In this document: positions 14,004 through 26,334 of the stretch, in pieces
Layout of the letters: every line of letters starts with the position of its first letter
Position numbering within the stretch: position 1 is the first letter of the stretch
Assembly (NCBI RefSeq): GCF_963921235.1
Contig: NC_086108.1
Span: forward strand, 98,024,001-98,088,000
DNA length: 64,000 bases
Direction: 5' to 3'
Origin: Mobula hypostoma
Taxonomy: Eukaryota
The notes under the pieces: model-generated
The model's database searches: none
What the model was told of the DNA's origin: nothing
Seen by the model: the letters and a program-made list of their open reading frames with translations, nothing else
Made by a program: the position numbers and the translations under genes

Positions 14004-14960
14004 TGGACTCTCAAAGAGCTGAAGTATCAATGAGGAGTCAGAGCTAAAAGAGTTAGGGGCAGGATGGAGCTCATGTGGACCAGAAAGGGCGAAGGCAGGA
14101 TAATGCCAAAGCAAACTTGAAAGGGCCACACGCAGCCCTAGTGGACCTGAGAGGGATGCAGCAAGATCCTGCCAACCTGTAAGGTAGGATATTGCTAGAG
14201 TGGACCTGAAAGGGAAGAACAGAGCCCAAGCACAGCTGAGAGGGATATGGCAGGGTCATGCCAACCTGTACGGAAGGATATTGCTAGAGAGCAGACCTGA
14301 AAGGGCAGCATGGAGAGGGATTTGTCAGGATCATGCAGACCTGAACAGGCAGAAAAGGGCTTAAAGTGCACTTGAGAGGGATGCAAACACCAGGAATTCT
14401 GCAGATGCTGGAAATTCAAGCAACACACATCAAAGTTGCTGGTGAATGCAGCAGGCCAGGCAGCATCTCTAGGAAGAGGTACAGTCGACGTTTCAGGCCG
14501 AGACCCTTCGTCATCCCTCTTCGTTGAGAGGGATGCAGCAGGATGGAGCTTAAGGCAGGATGGTTCCTGCGGACCTGAAAGGGAAAAGTTATGAATAGCC
14601 CTTAAAGCAATACTGCAGGGTCAAACTCATGCAGGCCTGAATGGGCAAAACCAGGATCAGCCCCTGAACAACACGGCAGGATCAAGTTCATGTGGACCGA
14701 ACGGGTGAAGGCACTATCGCGTTTAACCATACCTGAAAGTGATAGCACCAGCATCAGACTCGTGCGGACCAGCAAGAAAGACCTCTGGATGGAACATAAC
14801 GTGCGTAAAGTTTCAGCTAAGTGGACTCTCAAAGAACTGAAGCATCAAAGGTCAGGCCGAGCTAAAAGAGTGAAGGCAGAAGGGAGCAAAGGCAAGAGAG
14901 GGCTAAAGCTTAACTGAGAGCGCAGGGTGCAGCCTCATGAGACCTGAAAGGGATGGGGAC
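14004..14960 (+). repeat. Degenerate tandem repeat array (GGACCTGAAAGGG-like unit)
   Basis: About 10 variants of ggacctgaaaggg. A roughly 60-bp segment at 14004 is duplicated at 14822. Confidence 0.6.
14386..14523 (-). mobile_element. Short Penelope-like terminal-repeat unit with 5'-clipped hammerhead motif
   Basis: 14-bp TSD TTGAGAGGGATGCA (14372-14385 / 14524-14537); same sequence family as 16378-16509. Confidence 0.8.
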
Positions 14961-15631
14961 GAAGGAGCAAAGCAAGACCACAGGGTGAGCTGATACGAAT
15001 ATAAAATTCTGAAGACCCAGTGTGCCAATTTGGGTGAAGCATCAAGGAATGATGTCTTAAAAAGGCAGCGTCCATCATTAAGGACCCCCATCACCCAGGA
15101 CATGCCCTCTTCTCATGCTAGCATCAGGGAGGAGGTACAGAAGCCTGGAGGCACACACTCAATGATTCAGGAACAGCTTCTTCCCCTCTGCCATCTGATT
15201 TCCGAATGAACTTTGAATCCATGAACACTACCTCTACTTTTTTCTCTCTTTTTATTGCACTAAGTGTTTTATTAAATATATACTTAACGTAATTTACAGT
15301 TTTTATTATGTATTATTATTTATATATTGCTACATAGCAACAAATTTCATGACATATGCCTGTAATTGTCACTGTGTTCAGATATGGCCCAAGTGCGGAG
15401 CGAGAGACATTGAAGGTTCACAGACTTTAATGCGAACAAAGTTAAAGGGAAAAGAAAACAATAAACGCCAGGCCAAGCAGGGCCATTAACTGAAACTTTC
15501 AAATAGAAAATGAAGCCAACACTGTGGCTGAAATGAATAACTAAATATAAAACGAGTACTGCTAGTCTTCAGAATCACCTGACTCAACAGTCCAATTTCT
15601 CAGGCAAGGCCAAATGCAAGCAGGTAGTGAA

Positions 15632-16509
15632 CACACACAAAAAATGCTGGTGAATGCAGCAGACCAGGCCGCATCTCTAGGAAGAGGTACAGTCGACATT
15701 TTGGGCCAAGACCCTTTGTCAGGACTCACTGAAAGAAGAGCTAGTAAGAGAATTGAAAGTGGGAGTGGGAGGGGGAGATCCGAAATGATAGGAGAAGACA
15801 GGAGGGGGAGGGATGGAGCCAAGAACTGGAAAGTTGATTGGCAAAAGGGATATGAGAGGATCATGGGACAGGAGGCCCAGGGAGAAGGAAAGGGGGGGGG
15901 AAGCCCAGAGGATGGGCAAGGAGTTATAGTGAGAGGGACAGAGGGAGAAAAAAGACAGAAAGGGGGAAAGAAAAAAATAATTAATTAATTAATAAGGGAT
16001 GGGGTACGAAGCGGAGGTGGGACATTAACAGAAGTTAGAAAAGTCAATGTTCATGCCACCAGGTTGGAGGCTACCCAGACGGAATTTAAGGTGTTGTTCC
16101 TCCAACCTGAGTGTGGCTTCATCTTGACAGTAGAGGAGGGGGTGGATAGACATATCAGAATGGGAATGGGATGTGGAATTAAAATGTGTGGTCACTGGGA
16201 GATCCTGCTTTCTCTGGCGGACAGAGCGTAGGTGTTCAGCAAAACGGTCTCCCAGCCTACGTCGGGTCTCGCCAATATATAGAAGGCCGCATTGGGAGCA
16301 CCGGACGCAGTATATCACCCCAGCCGACTCACAGGTGAAGTGTCCCCTCATATTGGTGAGACCCAACCCTTTCAGTTAGTCCTGACGAAGGGTGTCGGCC
16401 CGAAACATCGACTGTTCCTCTTCCTATAGATGCTGCCTGGCCTGCTGCGTTCACCAGCATTTTTAGTGTGTGTTGCTTGAATTTCCAGCACCTGCATATT
16501 TCCTCGTGT
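15632..16509 (-). mobile_element. Penelope-like element fragment: GIY-YIG endonuclease C-terminus between inverted terminal repeats
   Basis: ORF 16025-16366 AGVIYCVRCSQCGLLYIGETRRRLGDRFAEH. Inverted repeats about 15632-15727 / 16378-16475. Approximate TSD caggtagtgaa/caggcagtgcaa. Confidence 0.88.
16378..16413 (+). ncRNA. Minimal type-I hammerhead ribozyme motif
   Basis: AGTC-CTGACGA-A-GGGT(GTCG)GCCC-GAAA-CATC-GACT: core boxes, stem II and stem I (AGTC/GACT). Confidence 0.65.
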
Positions 16510-16699
16510 CAGGCAGTGCAACGTTGCCGTGCTTATCTCAAGTCTCAACAAGTACCATGACGAAAAGAATGGAGTTAAATACTATCTCAATGAAATAATA
16601 ATTAGCTGACGCGTGCATATTCAGGAGCGCAATTGCTGGATCTGCTGTGCTGCTGATTCCGCCATTGTGACAGTGATATTAGACCTGATACTGATTCTG

Positions 16700-16890
16700 A
16701 ACCCTAACCTAATCATTGGACAATTTACAATGACCAATTAGCCCACATCATTGGACTGTGGGAGGAAACTGGAGCACCTGGGGAAAACCCAGGCATTCTA
16801 TGGAGAGGACCTACAAAGACTCCTCACAGAACGGTGCCGGAATTGAACTCCAAACTCCGCTGCCCCAAGCTGTAATAGAGTTGTACTCAC
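16700..16890 (-). mobile_element. V-domain SINE fragment
   Basis: tgtgggaggaaactggagcacctgggg is the reverse complement of the V-domain core. Confidence 0.6.
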
Positions 16891-17967
16891 CACTGTGCTA
16901 CATACATGTAAGTCTAGATCTGCGGACTGTACAGAAGGTTTAGAGGGTAGATTTTAACTGGTTTCTGTGGGATAAACAAAACTTTGCTTAACAGCAAATG
17001 ATTCAGGGATCAAGAGGTGTAGATATAAAATTTTGGCCCAACATACAGTATAAGCGAATATAAAGCAAAATGTTTTATTTAGAGTTTCTGACCTGGAATT
17101 CACTGCTTTCAATCTTTGCACCAAAATATCTTTCCAAAGAAAGACACAAGTGAGACTGCAGCTGCTGAAAATCTGAAGCAGCACACACAAAATGCTTGAT
17201 GAAGGGTCTCAGCCCGAAGCATCGACTGTTCATTTCCCTCCATAGATGCTGCCTGGCCTGCTGAGTTCTCCAGCGTCGTGTGTGTGTGTTGCTCCATCTT
17301 TTAACAGATGGAACAACTCTCTCTCCCCTTCTCACTCGCTGCTCTCTAGGGAAGGTCCTTGTGTTTAAATGAGCTCTCTCTTTCCCTCGATGCTGTCAGA
17401 CGATGGTATCAAAGCAAAGTTTAATCAATGCGGTTTGCGGATGATGTGTTCTAGATTCTGGCCATCCCCTTGTTTGTTACTAGTCTGGATGATTTTGATT
17501 TGGGATGGCCTGCAGATACTGAACACTGAGCTGAACTGAAATATGCCTTTCGGTTTTCTGTTTTATATTCTATGGTTTTGCTCATTTTTTTGTTGGCCAT
17601 TTGCGCAATTTTTTTTGGCGTGTGTGGTGGGGGGTGTTGATGTCTTTTTCTTTGAGGAGTTCCGTGGTTCTTCTTTGTGCTGTGTCTGTCTGTGGGAAGA
17701 CAAATCTCAGGGTTGTATACTACGTAGTATATATTTTGATAATAAATGTACTTGACTTTTGAGCCTGAATTGATAAAATCAAGTTACCTTCTTAAATTTC
17801 CACTTGCTAACACTGTTAAATAAAGATTTGGTTCTTAAAGGCATTGTAAAATTCCACAGTCTTTTTTGATATTAATCCTGAAACTTGTCCTAAGGCAATT
17901 TTTTTTATCTAAAACCTTCATATGTTGAGTACAAGACACTAACAGATGCAACATCATCTGCAAATTT

Positions 17968-18385
17968 GGCTGAGTGAACTCGGCCTTTTTTCCCCTGTAG
18001 CGAGGAGGATGAGAGGCGACCTGATAGAGGTGTATAAGGTGATGAGAGGCATTGATCGTGTGGATAGTCAGAGGCTTTTTCCCAAGGCTGGAATGGCTAG
18101 CACGAGAGGGCATAGCTTTAAGGTGCTTGGAAGTCGGTACAGAGGAAATGTCAGGGCCAAGTTTTTTACGCGGAGAGTAGTGAGTGCGTGGAATGGGCTG
18201 CTGGCGACGGTCGTGGGGGCGGATACGATAGGGCCTTTTCAGAGTCTCCTGGACAGGTACATGGATCTCAGAAAAATAGAGGGCTATGCGTAACCCTAGG
18301 TAATTTCTAAGGTAGGGACATGTTCGGCACAGCTTTGTGGGCCAAAAGGCCTGTATTGTGCTGTAGGTTTTCTATTTTTCTATGT
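17968..18385 (+). mobile_element. CR1 3' fragment
   Basis: RRMRGDLIEVYKVMRGIDRVDSQRLFP; tail gtttctatttttctatgt. Confidence 0.85.
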
Positions 18386-18876
18386 AAATGCAAGAACCAT
18401 ACAAAATGAAACAAACACTTTTTGGTGAAAACCACCCTCCTTCCATAACACACTCAGTCAAGGCTTTCAGTTTGCCAAGGGGAGGGGAACCAGAGTGATA
18501 GTGCTGAGGATAAGGTAGATGGTTTACAAACAGAAGCAGTGTGTAGTGAGACTGCTAGCAAGCAGAGGCTAATAATAGGACAAAATTGCAATGTTAAAGG
18601 GAGACAAATCGAAAAGGGAGAAAGCAGCACTAAAAGTGCTGTATTTGAATGCGCACAGTACAGGTATACTGAATAAGGTAGATAAACTTGTAGAACAGTT
18701 GCAGATTGGCATGTATGATGTTGTGGGCATCACTGAAATCATGGCTGAAAGGTGATTATAACAGGGAGTTTAATATCCAAGGATTGATACTGTGTCGAAA
18801 GGACAGGCAGGTAGGCAGAGTGGGATGGCATGGCTCTATTGATAAAAATTGAAATCAAATCATTGGAAAGAGCCAG

Positions 18877-19142
18877 CTGTAAGATTGGGTTTGACTCCTG
18901 CCACTGCCTGTAAGGAGGTTGTATGTTCTACCCGCGACTGTGTGAGTTTCCTCCGGGTGCTCCCATTTCCTTCCACATTTCAAAGACGTATGATTAGGAT
19001 TAGTGAATTTCAAGCATCCTACGTTGGCACAGGAAGCAGGGTGACATTTGCAGGCTGCCAGGAACAATCCGCATTGACTTGATTTGATGCAAACAATGCA
19101 TTTCTCTGCATGTTTCGATGTACATGCGACAAATAAAGCTAA
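18877..19142 (+). mobile_element. V-domain SINE, following a CR1 APE fragment (18470-18870)
   Basis: B-box-like gggtttgactcc; gtttcctccgggtgctccc core; aataaa tail. Confidence 0.65.
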
Positions 19143-20084
19143 TTTTTGTAAGTTTTTATCTTTGTGATAATTTGCAGGGTTATGGGAAAAGAGCAAGAGA
19201 CTCGGGCAGACAACCATGAGAGGGCTAAGTGGTCTTCTTTTCTGCAACAGTCATCTATTCAATTGCATGATGCTTTTGTCAGAAGGGTTGTGGGAAGGTT
19301 CAAGCCTCTTTATTGTTCTGAACTTGGCACTGGACCTGATGAATGAGTATTAACAGGGCAACGGTGTGTTTTTCTCTCTCTATGCCCACCTGCTCATGAT
19401 TTTAAAAAGACAAGTGTCAAAGAAACATGAACTTAATTCTTAAGGTACAAAACAGAATTTCCTCTGAAACAATAGATGCTTTAAGAAAAAAAATGCAGAA
19501 AGATGAGCATTGCATTTATATATCTCTTGACAGCTAGTATAACAGAAATGAACAGGGAGGAAAATCAATGCAGCAGATGATATTGATTTATAAGTAAATG
19601 AGAACACAAAGGAATAAGAGGGAATTATTAAAGCTCCGCTCCTTATCCTGATACATCTGCCATTTTCATCCGAGCCCAGGATGAGGGAGTTGAATTTATA
19701 CTATATAACTAATTCACCAGCCAATCACAACACAGGGACAAGGTGACATAAGGAACGTGAACTTTAATGGGTTTTAATTGTTAATTTATTTAGAAGAGAT
19801 ATTTTACTGGCGAAGTAAAACGGAGTCTGGCACGCATTATCTGACAACAAATGTCACGAAGCACAAATTGAATAGTGGCGCAGGCGGCAAAGTATCTCAT
19901 CAGGATGGAGCGGGAACAATGTACCTTTCACACTTGTCACTGAGCGAAGTTGCAGAAGCGAAATCTTCTGGAGGCTAGAAATCTGTAGCACAACAAAAAA
20001 AAAATGCCAGAATACTCAGCAAGTCAGGTGGTGCCTGCAAACTTGTGAATTTTCTGCGCCTGATCCAAAGCCTCTGTGAATTTT

Positions 20085-20870
20085 ATCTGTACTTCCTATC
20101 TGATGGTAGTGGTGAGAGAGAGCCCCTTGTGATGGATGCTACCTTCTTGTGGCAGCCCTCCACGTAAATGTGCTCGGTGGTGTGGAGCGCTTTGCCGGTG
20201 ATGGACTGGGCTGTGTCCACCAATTTCAGTAGGCGTTTCCATTCCTGGGGATTGGCGTTTCCATACCAGGCTGTGATACAACCAACCAGGATAATCTCCA
20301 CTGTGTACCTATAGACGTTTGTCAAAGTTTTACATGACGTGCCAAATCTGCACAAACCTCTAAGCAAGCAGTCACTGCCGTGCCTGTTTTGTGATGGCGC
20401 TTACGTGCTTGACCCCGGACAGGTCCTTTGAAATTATAACACCAAGGAATTTAAGGTTACTGACCCTCTCCACCTCTGATCCTATAATGGGAATTGGCTC
20501 ATGAACCCCCTATTTTTTCCTCCTGTTGTGGTGAATGTGGTAAACTATATATATATAGTAACTAGGTTACCTGTCTGGACACGCCCCTCTGCTGACTGCT
20601 CCTGTGGCTCCTCCCACAGACCCCTGAATAAAGGCAATCATGCCACTGCTCCTCCCTCAGTCCAGGACAGATACTCAGCATGGTCGAGGTCACATTTTAC
20701 CGCTAATAAAAGCCTTTCCGTATTTACTCTACTTCCAGTCTTTTGGAGCAATTGATAGTGCATCACCTGTAGCCAACAAACATCTCTTTGGTTTTGCCGA
20801 TGTTGAGTGAGAGCTTGTTCACCATTCAGCCAGATCTCCTTTCGATATGCTGATTCATCACAAACTTTGA
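20085..20870 (-). mobile_element. Rex1/Babar-like LINE fragment
   Basis: KTLTNVYRYTVEIILVGCITAWYGN (20083-20367). Confidence 0.7.
20527..20765 (+). mobile_element. Short solo LTR (family B, about 239 bp)
   Basis: TG...CA termini, perfect 5-bp TSD CCTGT (20522-20526 / 20766-20770), two AATAAA. Second copy at 29648-29875. Confidence 0.82.
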
Positions 20871-21156
20871 CTAGGCCAAGCTTGTCATCCTTGAAGCCCT
20901 TATCGTCATGTAAACTGGGGCCTTTCTTTCCCATACTTGAAGCTCTTCAATAAGATATCTGTAATGAGGTACTGCTTATCAAAGGCATGAAAATCCTTTC
21001 TAATCTGCCTGTGGTCCTGAGGCCACTGACCACATTATTCTACCTTTCCCACCCAGTCGGTTAGAAATACACTCACCCTATCACGTTTGTATAAAGACAG
21101 AGAACCACTTTCTTGTTTAAACAGCTCCTACACTGTCATACTTGAGGAATTCTTAG

Positions 21157-21522
21157 AGGCAGCTTGATAGCGTATCAGTTAGCAATACCAGAGGTCCAGG
21201 TTCGATTCCCGCCGCTGTCGGTAATGAATTTGTATGTTCTCCCCATTACCGCGTGGGTTCCTACCAGCTGCTCATTCTGGGGTGGCATGGTAATGTAACG
21301 CTATTACAGTGCCAGCGACTCGGGTTTAACTCCCACCGATGTCTGAAAGGAGTTTGGACATTCTCCGTGTGGCCACATTGATTTCCACCAGGCGCTCCGG
21401 TTTCGTCCCACAGTCCAAAGACGTACCAGTTAGTAGGTTAATTAGTCTCAATGATGTAATGGACAGTGTGCGCTTGTTGGGCCAGAAGCACCTGTTACTG
21501 TGTTGTGTCTCTAAATCTCTAA
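21157..21522 (+). mobile_element. Two adjacent tRNA-derived V-SINE fragments
   Basis: B-box ggttcgattccc at about 21199; second head at about 21280; cgctccggtttcgtcccacagtccaaagacg core. Confidence 0.6.
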
Positions 21523-21819
21523 ACTTGCCTTAACCCAATCCACCCACTCCCTTCCCTCTACCTTCTGAGACACAACAGGATCCCATACACACTTCTCCCC
21601 AGTACCACATCTCCGTACCTTAAGTGTAATTCATCACAGCAACAGGAGCATTTGTCCTCTTCTCTGCACAATCATTGGCCGCCTGCTGGCATTTACTCAG
21701 AAGGGGCGGATATTCTTGCCGTTACTCACTTGAGTGCGTACTACACTGCTAGTCCCAAATCCTTGAGCTCAGCTCCTGCCTCCATCTTTGTCATTAACAG
21801 TCAATCAGGAGAGAGGGAG

Positions 21820-22360
21820 GAAGCTCCCAATGTGGCCTCCTCTACACCGGTGAGGCACTTTGTAAACCGGGGGACCGATCTTTTGAGTACCTCCACTCCA
21901 TCCACCAAAAGTGGAACTTCCAATTCCCATTCCCATTCTGACATGTCACTCCATGACCTCCTCTTCTGTCAAGATGAGGCCACCCTCAGGATGGAGGAGC
22001 AACACCTTATATTCCATCTGGGTGGCCTCCAACCTGATGGCATGAATATTCATTTCTCCTTCCCGTTAAAAAAAAAATTCTCTTGGGTCCCCTCTTCCCT
22101 CTCTCTCTCTCCTATGATCTACTCCTTCCAGTCCTTGACCTTTCCCACCCACCTGGTTTCACCTATCACCTTCCAGCTATCCTCCGCCTTCCTTTTTATT
22201 CAGGTGTCTTTCCCCTTCCTTTCCAGTCCTGAAGAAGTGACTTGGCCCGAAACGTTGACTGCTTATTCATTTCCATAGACGCTGCCCGACCTGCTGAGCT
22301 CCTCCAGCATTTTGTGTGTGTTGCTTTGGATTTCCAGCATCTGCAGATTTTCTGGTGTTT
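21820..22360 (+). mobile_element. Degraded Penelope-like GIY-YIG 3' end plus terminal repeat with hammerhead-like motif (22225-22261)
   Basis: HSHSDMS..DLLFCQDEATLRMEEQHLIF matches 16025-16366; cagtcctgaagaa..cccgaaacgttgactg. Confidence 0.75.
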
Positions 22361-22739
22361 ATGGAATCCTACAGTTGTTCTTTATTCTTTCACAGAGGAC
22401 AGGATCAATCTAAAATCCTCTGTGCGTAACTCACAAAGAACTATATTAATTATTCACTTTAAATGTTTGGCAAGGATAGTTTTGTAATGAAATGCCTTCT
22501 TCAGGTTAGCAACCAGCAATGGCAGGACCAGTCTGGCTACAAATCCTCTTGGTGCTGTCGGTTACAAAGGCTCCAAATTACTTCGATCGAACCTGTTTAA
22601 CTTTGAAGTCCTTCGACTCTGTGTATTTCAGGCTTCTGCTCGGCATCTCATGCTGCTCTTGCATCACCATTTGAGCTAAATAACATTGTCTGAGCCAGGT
22701 TAGTTGAGGAGCAGCAGTGGAAAGCAATCTTGAGGTCTT

Positions 22740-24246
22740 GCCAGAGAGGCTTGATTGGGTTAACATCGGGACTCTGACCGGGCTACTCAAGGACATCAAA
22801 TTTCTTCATTTGAAGCCACTACATTGTTACTCTGACAGTGTGCTTTAGGTTGTTGTCCTGCTGAAAGACAAACTTCTCCCCAGTTTAAGCTTTCTGGCAG
22901 AACCTTGCAGATTTTTAGCCAGGATCTCTCTGCATTTAGCAGCATTCATCTTCCCATCAATCCTGACCAGATTTCCAGTCCCTGCTGCTGAAAAGCATCC
23001 ACATAGCACGATGCTACCTTCACCATACTTTACAGTAGGGATGGTTTTATTTGCCTGATGCGCAGTATTAAATTAACACTGTATGTACCGCTTGGTGTTA
23101 AGGCCAAAAAGTTCCACTTTGCTCTCATCCAACCACAAGATCTTCTTCCACATCTTCTCAGTATTTTCTAAATGATGTTTTGCAAAGTCTTTACAGGCAA
23201 GGATATGCATTTTTTTAAGTCAGAGCTTCTTCCTTGCCACTCTTCCATAAATACCCTTTCTGTGCAAGACATTAGAGACTGTGGAGCCGTAAACTTCATC
23301 TCCAGCTACAACCACAGACTTCTGCAGCTTACTCAGAGAGACAGTTGTCGTCACAGTAGCCTCTCTCACAAGTGCTATTCTTCTCCGGTGACTAAGTTTA
23401 GATGGGCAGCCTGTCCTAGGCACATTTTTCCACTTTTTCACGATGGACTGCACTGAGCTCCGAGTTATGTTCAGTGCCATTGAGATGGTCTTGTACCCTT
23501 ACCCAGATTCGTGCTTCTCTATTATCATTTCCTTGACTTGCCTTCAATGCTCTTTTACCTTCATTTTGATTTGGTCTGTTGAAAATCTAGAGGCAGGGAG
23601 TTTCTCCCTTTTGCCGCCTGCTATCAGGGACTCGGGAGTCGATCGATTCGGGGACCTTGAGACTTTTTTTTTACCGTGCCCATGGTTTGTTCTTCATCAA
23701 ATTATGGTATTGTTTTGCACTGCTGTAACTATATGTTATAATTATGAGGTTCTGTCAGTGTTAGTCTTTGGTTTGTCCTGTTTTCTGTGATATCACTCTG
23801 GAGAAACATTGTATCATTTCTTAATGCATGTATGCATTTCTAAATGACAATAAAAGAGGACTGAGTGTTCTCATTATCTAATCTATTCTAAATCTACCAT
23901 ACTGTTGGGCCTAACAGAGAGAGGGGGTATTTGTTCAGGTGATCCTCCAATCATCTACATCAACAAATTGGGTGAGTTGGTTAGGTTAAATACAATATTG
24001 CAGCTGAGGAAAGTTTGTGTAGTAATTACAAAGGGGATGAATACTTTTTTCAGCTTCACAATTTTGTTTCTAAATTTTTAGTACATAGTTGACAGGTTTT
24101 GAAATGTTTCTTTTGATTTGATATGATTCATAATGTTTTGTAGATTATTTCAAAAAATCATACTTCAATGTATTTCAAATTTAGAAAATGAGACAGTAAA
24201 ATGTGTAAATATTTGTGGTGTCTAAATATTTTTTCAAGGCACTATA
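22740..24246 (-). mobile_element. Tc1/mariner DNA transposon remnant
   Basis: HTH region 23220-23480 (SVQSIVKKWK..RTGCPSKLS..LVREAT..GRVARKK), WSDE-like LWLDESKVELFG near 23130, PTVKYG...G.LVRIDGKMNA. The minus-strand terminus reads TA-TAGTGCCTTGAAAAA. An unrelated LINE-tail-like insert sits at about 23590-23890. Confidence 0.85.
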
Positions 24247-25209
24247 AATATAAAAGCAATTCTCTAAACTCAGTGTATGTATTTCTTTTCACTCTAATGT
24301 CATAGCTATCTTTTAAACTCAGCATCTTTTAGATAATCTACCTGGCATTCTGAAGTTCACTGTTAATTCTTTGAACACAGTGAAAGTTTATGAAATAAAT
24401 GGTACTTGCATTTTGATTAAGGACCTCAGTCCATGACCTCAGGAATTAATCAACCTGGGCTGTTCGTTGCCTTGCACTGTGCAGATAATTTGGCATAATT
24501 AAATGGCATTCCGCTGCATTAAATGTGATTTATTATGCCAGCAAGTGGCTGCAAACACTAAGAATGTGGATAGAAAACTTTGTCAGATTGGTGTGAGTCA
24601 TTAATTTGTCAGTGGTTTTCCACTGACGTTGGCATGGAGAATCACCGCTTATAAATAGATACAATTTTCAAATTAATAGCCACAGCAGTTAAATCCAGAT
24701 AACATTTCACATCCTATTTAGTTATGTGTTTGTGTGTGGGTGTGTGTTTGGGAGGAGAAGGGCTGGTTTTGCTGCTGTTGTGTTGTTGTTCGTGCTGCTT
24801 GCGTTGTTCTGCTGAACATGGTGGGCATTCCAGGTTGGCGCCAGAATGCGTGGCATCTCTTGTGGGCTGCCCATTGCACAGCCTCAAATTATTAACGCAA
24901 AAGACGCATTTCGCTGTACGTTTCAATGTACATGTGATACATAAATCTGAATCTGAAAATATACCTATTACTCTATGAACACATCTTCTCAAGCTAAATG
25001 CTGCAAAGTATGTACCTTAGAACACGTTAACCAAAAATAGCTGCATTTTCAAACAACATCCTCATTTGTGACATATTTCACGGATGAGTTACAGACTGTT
25101 CATTGCCTGGTGTTTCCACTGTAGAATTGTAGCTATGGTGCCCTCTACCTGCTGATTGAGGGATTGCATCACATACCAGCAGCTCACAAAGTCGTAGAGT
25201 TGCATTGGA

Positions 25210-25512
25210 GAAACACAAAGAGGAGAGCTGGGGGAGCCCTCAGTGGGTCAGGCAGCATCTGCGGAGGGAAGAAGACAGTCGGCACTTCAGGTCGAGACCC
25301 TTCATCTGAAATGGAAAGAAGGAGTGGACCCAACCAGTACAAGAAGGGGTGGAGCAACAGATGGATCAACTCCCCTCTTTCCTGTCCTAATGAAGGATCT
25401 CCACCCAAAATGTTGACTATTTCCTTCCATAGGTGCAGCCTGACCTGCTGAGTTTCTTCAGCATTGTGTGTGTGGTACTTAAGATTTCCAGCATCTGCAG
25501 GCTCTCCTATGT
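25210..25512. mobile_element. Inverted pair of degraded Penelope-like terminal repeats
   Basis: Minus arm about 25215-25310 and plus arm about 25383-25510, both with decayed hammerhead boxes. Confidence 0.6.
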
Positions 25513-26334
25513 CTCCATTGGTATTGGTATTCATATTGGTATTGGTATTTGCTTTGTTTTATTACTGTCCATTGTACATGAAAAACTCTGCTTTGCAAGC
25601 CATACAACATGAAAAAAGACCCTTCAGCCTATTTGCCCATGCTAACCAAAGAGCTTAACTGAGCTAGTCCCACTCCCCTGCATTTAGCCCATATCCCTCT
25701 GGAACTCCAGATCTTCCAGTAAGAAGGTGGTGCACTTGGACACATCAACTTCTAAGGGATCAACAAAAGGAGTTATTGTCATTTTTAAGCATGTTGTTCA
25801 CAATCGCTAGACCCTGGTGGATGTTAAGAACTTTAAGTACTGCAGCTCTACCCCGTCGGCACGTTGCTCATTGGCAGAGAAACCGAATGAACTGGATGGT
25901 GCAGACCATAACGCTTGCTGCAACAAAGAGGCGTTAGTGCATGAAGGAGTTGCGCAGGCTAACAGCGAGCGATTGTCTTAGTTGTTTTACTTGTGATCGC
26001 AAGACCCTGTTGGACATTGGCGGTGTGGAATGTTGCCAGTCCAATTCACTGGTTTATTGGTGAATAGCGGGGGTGGACAACGGGGGAGCTGCGTGGCCTG
26101 TCATAGCGAGGACTAGGCCTCAAGCTGCGGTTGTACACTCCACCGGAGTACCAGAGGCAGTGTGGTGCATCATTCACACTGGACACTTTGCTGCCCCCCA
26201 GTGTTTGGTTGGCAGAAAACAAGCTGTATTGTGTCCAACAGCAGACTGCTGCAATATTCATGGACTCAGGGACTTGGACTATATTGTGTTTTGTTTGACT
26301 GTATTTTACTGCCATCTTATATGAGTGGTTTGCC

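Larger units (their letters stand above)
15367..16672 (-). mobile_element. Solo LTR family A, split by a Penelope-like insertion
   Basis: TGTCAC...GTGACA termini; flanks GTAAT/GTGAT (4 of 5 match). Both halves align by eye to the reverse complement of 8994-9418. Confidence 0.8.
15058..16710 (+). mobile_element. Rex1/Babar-like LINE 3' end hosting nested insertions
   Basis: KAASIIKDPHHPGH at about 15060. The tail gacatatgcc-tgtgatatt-agacctgatactgattctga is split by the LTR. Confidence 0.65.

Noticed and set aside
14004..14960. CRISPR-like repeat/spacer array
   Set aside because: Repeats are degenerate and irregularly spaced, the context is vertebrate, and there are no cas genes.
21652..22278. 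208-aa ORF
   Set aside because: Chance read-through of unique DNA into a decayed PLE GIY-YIG tail and pyrimidine-rich repeat; non-ATG start.
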